From positions 128,001 to 192,000 of the IMG/VR virus record IMGVR_UViG_651703002_000001: 64,000 nt of DNA. The stretch is one strand, 5' to 3'. Positions 10,673 through 24,652 of this stretch are shown piece by piece. The number at the start of each line of letters is the position of its first letter. The first letter of the stretch is position 1. The notes below the pieces were generated by a model. It did not search any database. It was not told the origin of the DNA and saw only the letters and a list, made by a program, of their open reading frames with translations. This stretch comes from a virus (lineage: Duplodnaviria; Caudoviricetes). Both the position numbers and the translations under genes were made by a program.

Positions 10673-13017
10673 CGCTTCAATTCAACTTTTTTACAAATTT
10701 CGTCATATCGAGTCTTATATAGACTATGCCAATGCTTATAAACAGGATCTGGATGAGATTCCAGTTGAAATTCGATCATATCAAGCATCATCATAACATT
10801 ATCCAAAAGATATGCCTGATCTTCCAGATCCATAGGTGAAAATTCAATTCCTTGGTTTGTAGAGAAGTGTTTCATTTGAATACATCATCCATTGTGAAGT
10901 TGATAGAACCTAAAGCCTGTTTTATCATTTCGAGGGTTTTAAACACAGGAATAACCTCATGTTCATCAAGACCTCTGTGGCGGTACATATGATGACGGAT
11001 CATCATATCGATTGTACTACTGGTAATTGTCTTGATATCACTAGGATATTTTTCCCCAATATACCGTTTATATTCTTTAATGAACCATTCGAGGGAACGA
11101 TGTTTTGTGCGTTTCAAAAACTTGGTTGGGATTGAAATTGTCATTTCAGAAGTGATCCATACTTTTGTAAACAAAGTATAACCGACCATTTCCTCTTCTT
11201 CTCTAACAAATGCTTTATGTACAGAGTCCCCAATTGAAGAATTTGGTTCGAATTCCCAACAAGATATAATACCATCAATGTTTATCTCAATAGTACCTTT
11301 TTTGTGATCAACTACACAATATTCTGGGTTAACTATCTGAGAATCTTTATGTGATTCCGTCTCACCGATCCACACAACCCATTTACTAAGGAACGTACCA
11401 TAATGAAAATAACCTACTTTCATAACTATTCTCCATCAAATAAGCTGGGGGTTTAAACCCCAGCGATAAACTTACGAACTGCATCTTGCTCTTGCTTACT
11501 GAGAGACTTAAACGCTTTAATTGCGTTGTGTTCTTCAGAAGTCATTACATTAGCCAGTTCAACAGTTTTTGTGATTTCATAGGATCCATTGTCGAATGTT
11601 TGATAAGCATCTTCACCGATTACGATAGCATCCCCAACTAGAGTACGTTCCGTGTTGTTAGCAAGAATCTTTGTGTTAATTTCTTTAATCTGAAAGTATT
11701 TTACGGTTGTTGGAACCAGATTTGCATCAATACAATATTGTATTGCATCGCTTGGGCGAGTGCATGTGAAATATCCCAATTCAACCGAATGACCATCAAC
11801 CATCGCACTTAGATAAACCATTTTCATAATTCCTTATAGGTTAATTTCGTTATAACCAATTAGAGACAACTTCTTAGCTTTCTTATGGTATACCAGTTGA
11901 CGAATAAGGTCAACTTCTTTTATATGATTTCGGATATATACATCAAGATCCATCATAGAACTGGCGGAGATTTTAACACCATTTACAACCCGCCCCAATG
12001 GCATACATACGGTATCAAACACGTTAGTACATAAGGTACGTGCTTCTTGCCAAGATATATTTTTCATTGCCTTTTGTTGGACACCATGAACATCATAATA
12101 ACCAGTCCACCCTTTCCCGTTATTTGGAGAATAACCAATCAGACACATCATATGATCCATATGACCCATTACAACACCGGCACTAGGCCAATTTTCGAAA
12201 GTTTTCATTTAATTTCTACCCATTTATTATTTTCATGATACATCGAATCCGACTCTCGGAAGAACACCGGAAGATCTTTAAATTCTTCTACCAACTGACC
12301 AGCAATCATTTTCATGATATCGATACCCTCTGGATTATGACCGAGGGAGATATAAACTTTTTCACCTTCGTAAACAAAACCATCAACTTCCTCTTTTTGA
12401 GGAATTGAACACATAAACATACCACGTTTTCCGCTTTCCCCATTAAAAACGATATGAAAGCTTTTGAAATCGTATGAGTGAATTTTTGCAAACCCACCAA
12501 CACCTATCTCGGCTCGATTTTTTGCATGGATACGTTGTGTCAGTTGATGAACCACATGACCAATGTCAGTAATGTTCATGTTATGGTTACTAATGTCAAC
12601 AAAAATAGAAGAACTCACGCTCATAATCATTTCCTTTTATTTAATCAAAATTTCGTTTGCGTATGTCATACCACAACATTCACACTTCATTACCTCTACC
12701 AACTGATTATCTACTACTAAGATAGATGAAGTCAATGATTTTCCTGAGTGAGTACATACATTATAATCAATTGCATTGGAATCCTGAAACATCTGTTGAC
12801 TTAGTTCCAATCCAAGATCGGTTGTGTATCGGTCTGCTGATTTATGTGATATCGATACTTTATAAACCTGACCACTATCATAAGTGTTCCATTCTATGGA
12901 AAACCCTAATCCTTTCAACCTCTGACAATTTTCGTGTTCGTAAAACCGTTTACCATTCGCTTTAGAAACGATACCTTTGAACTTCAATGTTTTCATCATT
13001 AATTATTCCCTTAGATT

Positions 13018-13245
13018 TTAATGAACCAGAGTTTTGGATTTCTTGGTGATTACTGTAACATCTTTGTAACCATTTTTACGAACGCCTGAAGCGACCGACA
13101 GTGTTTTGTTACCGTTACTTGTGGCCGTTACGGTACGAGCCCAACGCTTTTCAGAAGTAGTACCGTTATCGGTCATCTTACCGAAAGAAGCTTGACGAGC
13201 GGCGGCGCGGGTAGAGAAGAAAACTTGTACGTTAGGCATGGTCAT
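13018..13245 (-). CDS. Small basic protein, paralog of 35719-35937
   Basis: FFSTRAAAR..FGKMTDNG...KRWAR.V...GNKTLSV...VTVITKK.KTLVH shared by both copies. Confidence 0.85.
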   Translation of the reverse strand: MTMPNVQVFFSTRAAARQASFGKMTDNGTTSEKRWARTVTATSNGNKTLSVASGVRKNGYKDVTVITKKSKTLVH

Positions 13246-13279
13246 TTCCTTTTTCAATGGGTTTCGTTTCAACAAGGAC

Positions 13280-13308
13280 AGTATCGCATTATCTGGTTTC
13301 GTAGTCAA
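13280..13308 (-). promoter_or_regulatory. Early promoter
   Basis: TTGACT-17-GATACT with TG extension. Confidence 0.75.
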
Positions 13309-13519
13309 CTAACTTTCACTAATAATTTCAAAGAAATCATATTCGTCAGGGGAAATATAAAATTCTTCGTTTTCCCAACCGTGACCTTTCACATCTACAT
13401 GAAAACGGGAGAGATTGATAGGTTTCTACCATTGCTTTGTTGTGGTTGTAGACGCCCGAGTCCATACCATGTGTCATAAAGTTTTTCATACAACATTCGG
13501 ATTTGAATTTGATTTTCAT
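13309..13519 (-). CDS. 'KxRFKS' family paralog (apparent frameshift near 13400)
   Basis: Starts MKIKFKSE; a single frame change gives the family-type end FYISPDEYDFFEIISES. Confidence 0.6.
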
Positions 13520-13854
13520 AACAATTTCCTTATTTTTGGGAAAAGTAAAGTGCTGCACGTATATTCACACAAGCCATATCAAGATGGATACCACGAAGAT
13601 CGTTTTCGTAATAATCATCACGTTCGAAAACATTAAGAGAGTTTTCAATATCACCCAAGGCTATATCAATATACTTTCGGATTTCAGTATATCCACATCC
13701 AAGAGAGATATAGAGGTCTGACATACTAAGCATCAGCTCCCGATACGTATCCTTTGTGGCCTTATCTTTGTTCAATTTCACTTCCAACATCTTGATAGAG
13801 TCAAATATAGAACGGAGTGAAGTTGTGATATTGTTCATAATTAAAATCTCCTAT

Positions 13855-13903
13855 GGGTTTCTGTCTACGGGATTAGTATCTCAAAAAATCTCACCCATAG
13901 CAA
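13855..13903 (-). promoter_or_regulatory. Promoter cassette; 30-bp repeat copy 1 of 3
   Basis: GGGTTTCTGTCTACGGGATTAGTATCTCAA identical at 13855, 35963 and 36504; TTGCTA-17-GATACT. Confidence 0.85.
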
Positions 13904-14420
13904 TAGGTTTCTTCAAGAATTTTTCATATTTTTCGAGTTCTTCATATACCATTTGTGTGATGTACCCGATACTACATTTTCGGTTACGATGAATCGCTCC
14001 AGTAACACGTACATAACGAGATGCAGAAAACTTGAATGCTAGGTCTGGGTTTGTTCCATAAACCAGTGATAAGATCTGATTATGCTTAGTAGCGCCCTTA
14101 ACGTGTTGATGTACGAGCACTGAAAGCTGTTTTTTAAGTTCTGGGGTAGACTCAACAACTGTCATCATCTGGCCGAACTCTTGATTATTCAGAATTTCAT
14201 TATTAGTCATGGTAATTTCTCCAATTTCAATGATTAAACAAAACTATAACATAAATCCATAAAGATATAAACAATGTAAGAATGGAAATTCCAGTCAAAC
14301 CCCCAGAGGAATCCTTTTTTCCGGACCATTTAGATATAAAAACACCTATTAGTCCCAATACAATAACAACTAAGATCTTTATGATTTCAATCATAAGTAT
14401 TTCCTTCCTTTCAACAAAAA

Positions 14421-14450
14421 GAGTATCCCACGAATGGGATACTCAGTCAA
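14421..14450 (-). promoter_or_regulatory. Palindromic promoter/terminator
   Basis: TTGACT GAGTATCCCA TTCG TGGGATACTC TTTTT. Confidence 0.85.
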
Positions 14451-14455
14451 CTAGT

Positions 14456-14875
14456 TTAATCAACAAACTTCAATGTAGGACAGATTTTTTCTTTTCGAGC
14501 TTTAATGTAGGAAACTACCAAAGATGGAGTTTTCTTTTCGTTTGAACGGCTTGACTTTTTACTGATACTTCGGAGTTTAATTTTAACTTCTCCCCAAGAT
14601 ATTGCAATAAATACCAGAACGATAATTGCAATTGCAATTGCAAACACCCCGACAAATGGAGCTGAAATCATTGCTACCAAGCCAATATTGACAGCGAAGA
14701 ATTCCAAAATGGATACCCCGATACTAAAGCTTGCGCCCAACAGCAGAAGAACCATACCGGTTACGAGCATCAATCCCCAAACAACCTTCCAAAAATACGG
14801 ACACAGTGAGCGGGGAACCGTATCAAAGAAAGAATTAATGAAACGATAGTGCCAAGAGCTAGTTTTAATATTCAT
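14456..14875 (-). CDS. Membrane protein
   Basis: SSWHYR...SLCPYFW followed by long hydrophobic segments. Confidence 0.75.
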   Translation of the reverse strand: MNIKTSSWHYRFINSFFDTVPRSLCPYFWKVVWGLMLVTGMVLLLLGASFSIGVSILEFFAVNIGLVAMISAPFVGVFAIAIAIIVLVFIAISWGEVKIKLRSISKKSSRSNEKKTPSLVVSYIKARKEKICPTLKFVD

Positions 14876-17183
14876 TTTTCAATTTTCCAATTTGTGATTA
14901 GTTTATCTAATGTTTTCATAGTTTTGTCTTTATGATTATAACCTATATAATCATAAAAATCCCATACACTATCGAAACTTATTTCTTGATTCCGATAATA
15001 ATTTTCTTCACCAATAGATATATTCAGCCTTTCATTATCATGATATTCAGACCTGTCATATCTACCGAACACCCCAGTTTGTGTCTTTCCTTTCAGGTAG
15101 TGATGATCATACCATCTATTAAGCATTCGTCCAACAAGACTTTCAATTGATGTTAATTGAACATACCATCCACCTTTTGGGTGACCATCAGCTATACGTA
15201 TATGATAAAGCTGGGTTATAGGATGGTCGTAAAATTTATATGTATATACTTTATCCAATACTAAGTTCCTTCAAAATACGAATGCTTTCATGTGTCATAT
15301 CAGCTCGTTGTTTGTGGAACCAATCTTCCCATAGGGTTTTACATTGAGCCGCCGCTTCGTTAGCTTTTTCCTCAGAATCAAAAACATATTGAATTTTCTT
15401 GAAACTTACATAAGAATCTTCTTCCAGTTCCCCAATCTTATCAGAATCCCTAGCAGTTGGTAGTCTGCGAGAAATATACACTCGGTCATTTGATACCTTA
15501 GTAACAAGCCGAGGTCTACCAGCAACAATCCCACCTACACATATTGACTCTGTAAGCACCCATTTATCAACTAGATGAGCATTCTTTTCTACTTTTACTT
15601 TATCAACCATTTTTTACACTACCTCAAAATTATCTGCGTCAGTTTCTTCAAGATGACCCCATTCACTGGTCCCAAGAGCAATCACCTTACCTTGTTCTGT
15701 TACTATGATATAATCCCGAGAGCAAATATCGATAGTTTCATCAACAACAGTAGGTGATGGATTTTCTAATTCATAGTTGTGAGTAAAAGCATATACCCAC
15801 TTAATATTTGGAAATAAGTCCTTTAGATTTTTAAGAGCATCTTTACATTTACGATAATGACCAATACCTTTTTGATATTCTTGGCTATAAAATTCATCTA
15901 CATTATCAAAATCCATCATAATTACCTTAAAATTGAATACTCGGTGAAACCATATAATGTTCTATTTCCATATGAGGGAAATATGTAATAACCAACGTAT
16001 CCACCCCGTTTACTGTTCGATCATGAATCGGAACCGTTTTGTTCATTTCTTTCCGGATCTCTTCCAAATCATCGTTTACTTGATGTGTCCGGCCTCGATT
16101 TTTTGGGGCTGAGATACTAATTGAGGGTTTTCCAAAGATACTTACTGTAATAGGACGTAATGAAAACCATTTATTATACCTCAAATGTCAAAATGTCATT
16201 AATATCAAAGGGTTCCAGACCACAATCGGTTTCAACATCAAAGTACATGAACAGATCCATTTCAAAATCTTCATCATATACCATTTCAAAACGCATCACC
16301 TTCCCACCATCAAGGTGAACAAGAAGACAATCATCATTTGATGCATCAATGAAATTAAAACCTTTTACATTATGAAGGAAAGCCAAATAGTTATCAACTT
16401 GCATGGGAAAAACCTCTTCTCTGTTTCGATAGGGATATAGGCTCATATCTAAAAACATAGGTCAATAACTTTTATAATTTTCTTCAATGACTGATGCAAT
16501 ATGTCGGATCAGAACCTGAGTTCGGTCATTTTCACGATTGAACTGGGTGATATCCCATAGAAAAACAGCTTTTTAGGTAGAGAGAATTTTCGAATCAAGA
16601 ATCCATCCCCCCTAGCAAACGTATCTTCCACAAAGAAATCGTATTCATCATTCCATATCTCGACTTGGCGAAGATATTTCTCTTACAAATTGGCAAAGCA
16701 GTTATTTCAACAGTCTTTTCACTAACCTACTTGATATGTATGTTTCATTTGAATAACTCAATCATAAGTTTTCTATGTGCCTCTGCGATTTTCGGGAACA
16801 AGGTTATTCATACGATGTTCATATAGATCGTTGATCCTTGAAAGAAATTTCATACCAACCCTAGACACTTTCAAATCTACAATGCAATCTTGATAAAGTG
16901 CTTCAACACTGCGAATTGTAGATAGATTTTCAGCAAGGTCATTCTGTGTTTCTGTATATTTGGCACGAAGTACCATTTCGTTTGTCATAGGATTTTTACC
17001 CTTAACCCATACACCAGATATCTTGTGTTTCTGTGTCATCACGAACGATATTCAATTCGCTCCAATCTCCAAGATCTCGGGATTTCTCAATAGCTTCTTC
17101 CTCAGAATCTGCCAAAACCGTTTGGGTTTGATAGCCACGAATATAACCGGAAACTTCTTTAATAACTACATACTCTTTCATTT

Positions 17184-17900
17184 TTAATACTCCACGGTAA
17201 CAATTTCACACATGGGACTAACTCCATGCCATTCTTTTAAATATCTTGATGTATCTACTCCACATCCCGGAGTCATTTCGATACCAGTTTGGTCCACAAA
17301 CTTTTTACATTTTGTTTCCATCTTATCGGCATATTGTTGTACGCCACTCAGACGGAATGGGGCACTCGATTGTGGAATGATGAAAACTCCAAACTCTGCA
17401 ACTTTACTAGCAGCCTCAATAATCTTATACTCAAAATCCGAACCGGTGTAAAGCCCTTTATAGTCTGAGGTCTTGATATTTCCAAAAGGTGGATTACTGA
17501 GTGCGTTTACAAATCGATCTGTAGTGGTTTCGCAATACTCTAATGCGTCCATCTGGATCCATTTAGCATATGGATTAACACGCTTACCAACCTCAATATA
17601 ATTTGGGTTGAGTTCAACGCACGTAACCTCATTATCACGGTCTAACCAGAAAGATAGACCACCAATACCAGCACACAAATCCACTACAGACTGATTACTA
17701 TTGATTTCGATACAAGTGTCACGGGATAACATGAGGGGTGTAAAGAATGCACCAGCCAAACTATTAGCTTGGTTGAACCCCTCTTGAAAATTTTGAAGGA
17801 TGAACATCCGTTCATCCCATTTTAGAACTTTATCACTATGAACCAGATCCATTGCCTGATTATGAAGTTTCATTTGCTGTTTGGATAATTTAGCCATCAC
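17184..17900 (-). CDS. SAM-dependent amino-(N6-A/N4-C) DNA methyltransferase, solitary
   Basis: GAFFTP (X), VVDLCAGIGGL (I), CVELN (II), MDAL (III), SNPPF (IV), GVFIIP (VI). Confidence 0.88.
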   Translation of the reverse strand: MMAKLSKQQMKLHNQAMDLVHSDKVLKWDERMFILQNFQEGFNQANSLAGAFFTPLMLSRDTCIEINSNQSVVDLCAGIGGLSFWLDRDNEVTCVELNPNYIEVGKRVNPYAKWIQMDALEYCETTTDRFVNALSNPPFGNIKTSDYKGLYTGSDFEYKIIEAASKVAEFGVFIIPQSSAPFRLSGVQQYADKMETKCKKFVDQTGIEMTPGCGVDTSRYLKEWHGVSPMCEIVTVEY

Positions 17901-18202
17901 TTACTCCAACGTTTAGAACTTGGGCAAATATCAGTAACCGGACACTCATCACAATAACCGGGCGTTAATTGAATTTCAACACCTTTAGCACCCTCATCTT
18001 CACCTAGATAATCTTCACGTTCAATTTGTTCATTGTGTATACAACCCCAAATAGAAGCCTCTTTATTTCCCCAATAGAAAACCGGCATAGTATTTGCGAT
18101 TTTAGTACAAAGTTTCTGTAGCTTGTTCTTTTGAATATCAAGTTGAAGAATATGTTTTTTCTTAAGATCTTGATACTCTTCTTCTGTCAAAATATATTGC
18201 AT
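17897..18202 (-). CDS. Cys-rich hypothetical protein
   Basis: WGC...YCDECPV..ICP pattern. Confidence 0.7.
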   Translation of the reverse strand: MQYILTEEEYQDLKKKHILQLDIQKNKLQKLCTKIANTMPVFYWGNKEASIWGCIHNEQIEREDYLGEDEGAKGVEIQLTPGYCDECPVTDICPSSKRWSK

Positions 18203-20418
18203 TAAATAAACTCCAATTTAAGGAAAGACCTTTTAGATTGGCAACGTTTCGACCACCCAGCATAGGAACACCTAGATATGAATCCCAATGAATCCCATAT
18301 TCGTCTTTTGCAGGATATCGGTAAACGTGGATCATACTTACATCGGTATATGACTTCCTCCACAAATAATATCCCGGTTCTGATGGCGAATCATCAGTAA
18401 ACTCATTAAGATTAATATTCATTAGCATTGCACCTCTACATGGGAAACTGAATCTTTCAATGATTCGAATGTATCACATAAAACCACACCATTCCAAGGA
18501 ATTTGATGATACAAAAACACATTAACATATGTTGCTTCATCCCCAGTATAATATTGCTTGATTTCAAACTGGAATTGATCACCATCAATAACAAATTTAC
18601 CAGCACAATCATCTGTGTAAACGTGTTTCCAACGTTCGAAGTCGTCCGATACAATACCATATTGGATTGAAACTATATCGTCTCCAAATGCTTCTTGAAA
18701 CGATGTGCGGGTGTATTTAATACCGGTATCCAGATCTGTAATCTCACTAGATCGTTTTACATACTTAATAGATCCATCTTTCATACTAAGAGTGTAATGA
18801 CCGATTGTAATCTTTTTTACAAATTCATTAAGTTTGGTATTCATTGATATTTTCTCTTGAAATCATTCCATACAATGGATGATAGATTATCTGGATGGTT
18901 AGGATCGTGATTTACACCACCAAGGATATAATTTGGATTTTCTTTATAGTCTTTCCAGAGTTCTGCTTCATTACGCAAGACCCTCAAATTTGCCATATCA
19001 GTTTTGATTGCAAACATCATATGGTCTGGCTCTTGCTCCATCATAGTTTCCAACCAACCCATAGCACGGTCATAACGGTTTTTAATCGACATATTAAAAC
19101 CTCATTACGAATTCATCATCAGGTAAACGATAATCAGTGCTTTGATAATGTTACCATCCGCACACACAAAATCATATCCGCACACATCACCATAAATTTC
19201 TGAGAGTTGTTCACCAAAGAAAGCGAAAGACTCACCATCTTCACGATTTACACTGATATTATGATTCATAATCAGTGTAATTGCAATAGAATCATCATCA
19301 CACCAATTCTTTACAGGGAAAGTAGTTCCATCATCATAAACCAATGCGTGACATTCTTCATTATAATCCCAATGCTGAAGACCATAATAAACTTGAGTGA
19401 ACAACACATTGATTTGATCGTTGGTCATAAACTTATAAGGATGAAGTGTATTCATTTAGATAGGCCCTCTTGTAGGGTCTTACGAATCGTTTCCTTGCAT
19501 TCTTCGGAGGTTTGGTTACTACCACACCAAACTGATTCGGCAACGCCTTTAAGGCCCTGCTCATGCACGTTCATGGCGGCATATCCAACCAACGCGATCT
19601 GGGAAATAATCCCCAAGAAAACAAAGATGAAAATACCTGTGATGATCTTGTTGATGTGGCGGAAGAACCAAGGATCACTATTAAAGCTTCCTGTACTGCG
19701 AATATTACGTTTCATGTTTATGCCTCTAAAATATAATCTGGTTGTAATGTGGTGTCTGTTAAGTAGGCAGAATATTCTCCTGACTCTGTAATTAAATGGT
19801 ATAGCATGTCGTCATCAAAATCAATTGTTATTTTTACTTCTTTTACGATTTCACCACAAATTTTACTGTCTGGGTGAACCATATGAGAGTTAATTAAAGT
19901 ACCAACGAAATGATGACTCAGACGATTAATCAATATATCCATGATTTTTTATCCTATATCTTGAAGAATACAAATGGTTCGGTCGGCTGGGTTAGCGTGA
20001 ACATCATAGAATCCTTTGAACTGACCTGACCTGACGATGAAAGAATTTCCCCAGCCGATAGAAACCTTTTCATACTCCATACCATGAAACTTAAAGAAAC
20101 GTTCTGCCATTTCTTCACTATGGCCTGAGATCCATTCGATTTCAACACGGAAAGCACCAGTAGGGAGAAGTTCAAAAGTTTTCATAATAATTTCCTCAGT
20201 TAAACCACGGGTCATTAAGCATCTCTTCGATTCGGTTTTGAGTATCTTTAATCTCTACTTCCGTATCAGCTAGAATACAAGTATATTCGTTTTTAGCCCA
20301 AGGGTCAAGATCTTTTGTCAGTTCGTGGCGACAATATGCGGCCTTTTTACCAAGGGTTTCCAACTTCTTCATGTTCAGTTCAACGTAATGGTTCATATCA
20401 ATATCTCCCCTGAATCAA

Positions 20419-20454
20419 CTAAGCCCATTCTACACGAACGGGCTTAGGATGCAA
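20419..20454 (-). promoter_or_regulatory. Promoter with -10 enclosed in a palindrome
   Basis: TTGCAT-16-TAGAAT; CTAAGCCC...GGGCTTAG arms flank the -10. Confidence 0.7.
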
Positions 20455-22241
20455 CAACTATTTATATTTATTTTCTACATAACGAAGTTCAAACCATTGT
20501 GCAATTTCATTCAAGAATAAAATAATATGTTCTGTCGATTTCGGTAATTCAAATCCAAGTCTATCAATTAGTTTTGACACATCCACTACATCAATAGGGC
20601 CATCTGTATTTGAATAATATTGTTTTCCAGAAATTCGTCCAGTTGTCAAGTTTCTTTGCTCAACATCAATAAAATAAAGATTGTTGTTAGCATCCCTGAA
20701 AAACCATTCGTTAAGTTTAACCGGACTATTCCAAATATCAGTTAGTAGTTCATCATTAAATTTCATTTCAGACCATCTTTTAATGTTTTCATAATTGGAT
20801 ATGGGTTGGTATCTTCATTCTCAATCTCAATATCATTGGTATCAAAATCCGCCTGAAGAGTATACAGATCCGGTAAGCCCAACTCTTTCAATATGTGGTC
20901 TACTGTATAATCACAGTAAAAATTCTCATCCATCAAAGTATCGAGACTTACAATAAATTCCCAATCGTCATAAGAACGAGTAAAAACTTGACACCTATAA
21001 TTATCATTCAATAGCGCATTTATTACCATATCCTGTAATTTATCTTTACAAATATGAATATCCTCAAACTCTACTTCTTTCCCTATATGTAAATGTTTGA
21101 AATAATAGTATGTTTGGAAATAAGAATCATCATATGTACTATCCACACAATCGAAATAGTCTAGGAATTCTTCTGCGGTTACCAACACATAACCATCTTG
21201 TGTGTAGTCAGGATGGATCTTATTATAAGGGAAATATGCTCTATTTCCAGACTTATCGTGACAAGATACCCAATCGTCATCAAGTTCTATCATTTTAACA
21301 TAGCCTGCTTAAGTTCTTCAGGACTAAAATATTCCTGTTCAAGATATACTTTTGGACCATAATGAGAATATTTCTCAATCCAAAGGAATTCACACACAGA
21401 ACCGTGAGAGTCTTTACCTAGCCAAAAATAACCTTCGTCTTGACCATCGTTAACTTTTTGAAACTCGGGTTTTTGTGTACATACAAACGGCCCATATCGA
21501 CCGTCCCAAAACTGCGTACCAACTTCAATCTTTTCAATAATGCTTTTCATAATCAGACCGCCATAAAAGAAGTAACAAAATAGTAAACGCCGTAGTACCA
21601 AACAAATTCAGCAATAAGACCGATTGGGTGTTGGATATAAGTAAGCGTACCATCACCAAATATTTTATTGTTAATTACCAGCAGTCGATAAATTGGGGCT
21701 TTCATGTAAAAATATGATCCGAGTACCACCAGTACCAGAGAGATACATTCCATAACAGACAAGGTAAAAAGCCAAGTATTGATATAATCAAACATAATAA
21801 TTTCCTCAGTTAAATTTGGCGACAACGCCCATAAACATTTCGACATTCTCATTAAAGAACTTGATAACCGAATCACAGGCTTCAAGTTGGGTTTTCTTTT
21901 TACGGAGAACCGGTTTATTAACACTACTCAGAAGAACTTTAAACTTCTTTTCGTCTTCATGCAAGATGAATTGGATGATCCGACCGTTGAAATATTTTAC
22001 ACCAGATTCAACATCCTTACCAGTAGCCATAAACGTAACCGTCGTATCAGCTTTACCAATACACCAGTTAGGATATGCTTGGATGTAAGGAAGAAGAACA
22101 GGATCCAGCTTAGACAAAATATAATCCACGTTTGCTTGCATTGCTGCGATACGGGTTGCTTTGTCCAATTCGTATTTTTCAGCGGTCATCATATTCAATT
22201 CCTCAGTTCGTTTCGATATGGTTAATATAACCTATCTGGAT

Positions 22242-22628
22242 TTAGAAAACAACCGTAATTTCTTCTGTATTGTGATACTCGTGTACTGTTCCGTAATCAG
22301 TTTCTACCTGAATAAGGGTCTTACAAATCATAACATCGGTAATCTTACCTCGATTTTCGCCAAAATAGAACAACTCTTTTCCTACCAACGATTCCCTTAA
22401 AATGCGGTCGAAATGTGATGTTTTATATTCAGGTACTACTTGACTAAACTCAGAATCCTCATAACACAAAAAGTTGGATTCTTTATTATCAGGATCTCGA
22501 ACATAAACTCTAACTCTGTCAGCTTCTTTACTCACAGATGAAACGGTAAACTTGATATCAGCCCATGGGACAATTTTCATACCACGTTCAAGATCTTTAG
22601 CCAAAACAATTTGAGTTTTCATAATCAA
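22242..22628 (-). CDS. Hypothetical protein, paralog of 24653-25117
   Basis: MKTQIVLAKDLERGMKI vs MKTKIVLGKDLEIGMRI; similar C-termini (ITDV...I.VETDYG). Confidence 0.75.
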   Translation of the reverse strand: MIMKTQIVLAKDLERGMKIVPWADIKFTVSSVSKEADRVRVYVRDPDNKESNFLCYEDSEFSQVVPEYKTSHFDRILRESLVGKELFYFGENRGKITDVMICKTLIQVETDYGTVHEYHNTEEITVVF

Positions 22629-23985
22629 TCCTTTTATTTTTTGTTAAACCAAATCAACAAGCCAAATATTACCACAAAACCAATAACCGTTTCAAGAACA
22701 AAAGCATTTAAAAACGTCATTAAATTTCTCTCAATATTTTCTCTGCAAGATCGAAATCATAATCGTTTTTGAAATTGATTTCAACATATTCCTGACAGAA
22801 TGTGACGGAATGGGGACGGATATTGCTATCATCAAAAAGTTGATGTAGATAGCTAAATGAGAATTCAAAATCAGACTTAACGAAAATTATGCTTTTCATT
22901 TACATATCCAAATAAATATCACTTGCGGTTTCTAAATCTTCATCAGAATAAAATGTGAAGATAACCCCATCACCATAAGTAACGTGTTCATCAATAACCC
23001 ATTCATAACGAATCCCTTTTGAATCCAATAGAGCTGTGTATTGATCGAAATAACAGTTCCAACAATCAAACCATAGTGTAAACATTATATTACCCCACCT
23101 GAAGATCGTTCCCCTCGAATCCTAGAAACCAAACCGTTAAACCCAACCTCCAAGTTATAACATGTACATTCTGGGATGTTATCGTTATATAAAGAAATTA
23201 GGTTATTACCATATCCAACGGTAAGGATTACATCTTCCTGACCACACATATCAACAACAAATGAATCCGACTTAAGAAGATTTTTAACAATATATTCTCG
23301 ACGAAATTCTTGATCCTCTTCATGTCTGGTAATGGTAACAGCATCACCGTTCTGTAATTGTTTCCTTTCTCCGAAGTCATACAGCGCACCATCAATAAAC
23401 GCATATTGCCATTGCATTGAGTTTACATGACGGTTTCCAATAGTGTATTCATAACTATGCATAGAAACAAACTTCAGTTCTATTCCGTTACTTAAAAGGA
23501 TCTTTCCAAACAAGTGACATATATCAACAATCGGGAGATTTTGATTGTCAACTCCATCAAAGATATCACCGATTTTTAGTTTTTTCCACGTATTCGCTTT
23601 GATAAAAATCATTATTCTTCCCTCAATGATTTTGCGATTTGTTCCAGTTCGTCAATATTACCACGAAGAGATTCGCGTTGCCAGAAATAATCGTCACCAC
23701 GATCCGATTCGAGATTATAAGATTCTTGAATCTTTGTATCCAGTTCCTTGATATTGCTATAAACTAATATAATCTTTTCCAGATTTTTGTGACCTTCTTC
23801 AACAAATCTGTCCGTGTACATCTGATGACTATTACCTTGGATAAATAAAATCCGGTCGTTGATTTGGTCATCAACGACATAAGTTTTACCAACAATCAAA
23901 GTACGTTCCATATCAAGATTGTCTACGCATACTACATTTTGACCGCTTTTAAATTTCATGATTATCTCCTTTCATTTAATAAAAA

Positions 23986-24016
23986 GAGTATCCCACAAAC
24001 GGGGATACTCTGTCAA
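23986..24016 (-). promoter_or_regulatory. Palindromic promoter/terminator
   Basis: TTGACA GAGTATCCC CGTTTGT GGGATACTC TTTTT. Confidence 0.85.
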
Positions 24017-24595
24017 TTATTTTTTCACATACCAAGGAACAAGAATATCCCTAACATCGATAGTTTTTTCTTCACCGGTACTGGTTCGGATTACGATATT
24101 ATGAAAATTAGTATAACACTCTGATGTATCTTTGATAACAGTCACAAGCTCACCATTATACAAAACTTCTTTTACCAACATCTGGCCGGTGTAACCAATT
24201 GGATACCCTTCACCCATTTCCTCTTCCAGATCCATCGAATTAAACTCTTGAATCTCTTCTGGGTCATCAATGGAACGAATGTAAGAAAGAACGTTCATTG
24301 CAGACGATTTATCTTTCCATTCGATGTGTTCATCACACTTTCGACCGGCTTGGGTTGACAATGCAACAAATTGATCATCAAGAAAATACAAACGAATACC
24401 AACATAAGTATCAGTACAATAATGATTTGCTGCCCAATAACATTTTAGGCGAATATTATCATCTGGTTGTTTGAGGCTCCAACTATTAGCAGAGTAATTC
24501 AATTCGTTACAAAATAATTCAAGATTCCAACGAATGGAAGTTTCTTCATTTTGCTCACTTTTATCTACATTGTTGATCAGATCAATTAGTTTCAT
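24017..24595 (-). CDS. Conserved phage hypothetical protein
   Basis: 192-aa ORF with YCTDTYVG.R.YFLD...Q.GRK; GAGGA SD; TTGACA-17-GATAAT promoter at 24624-24652. Confidence 0.8.
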   Translation of the reverse strand: MKLIDLINNVDKSEQNEETSIRWNLELFCNELNYSANSWSLKQPDDNIRLKCYWAANHYCTDTYVGIRLYFLDDQFVALSTQAGRKCDEHIEWKDKSSAMNVLSYIRSIDDPEEIQEFNSMDLEEEMGEGYPIGYTGQMLVKEVLYNGELVTVIKDTSECYTNFHNIVIRTSTGEEKTIDVRDILVPWYVKK

Positions 24596-24652
24596 AATTA
24601 CTTTCCTCTATTGGTAGATACACATTATCTTATGGTTACAACTAACTGTCAA

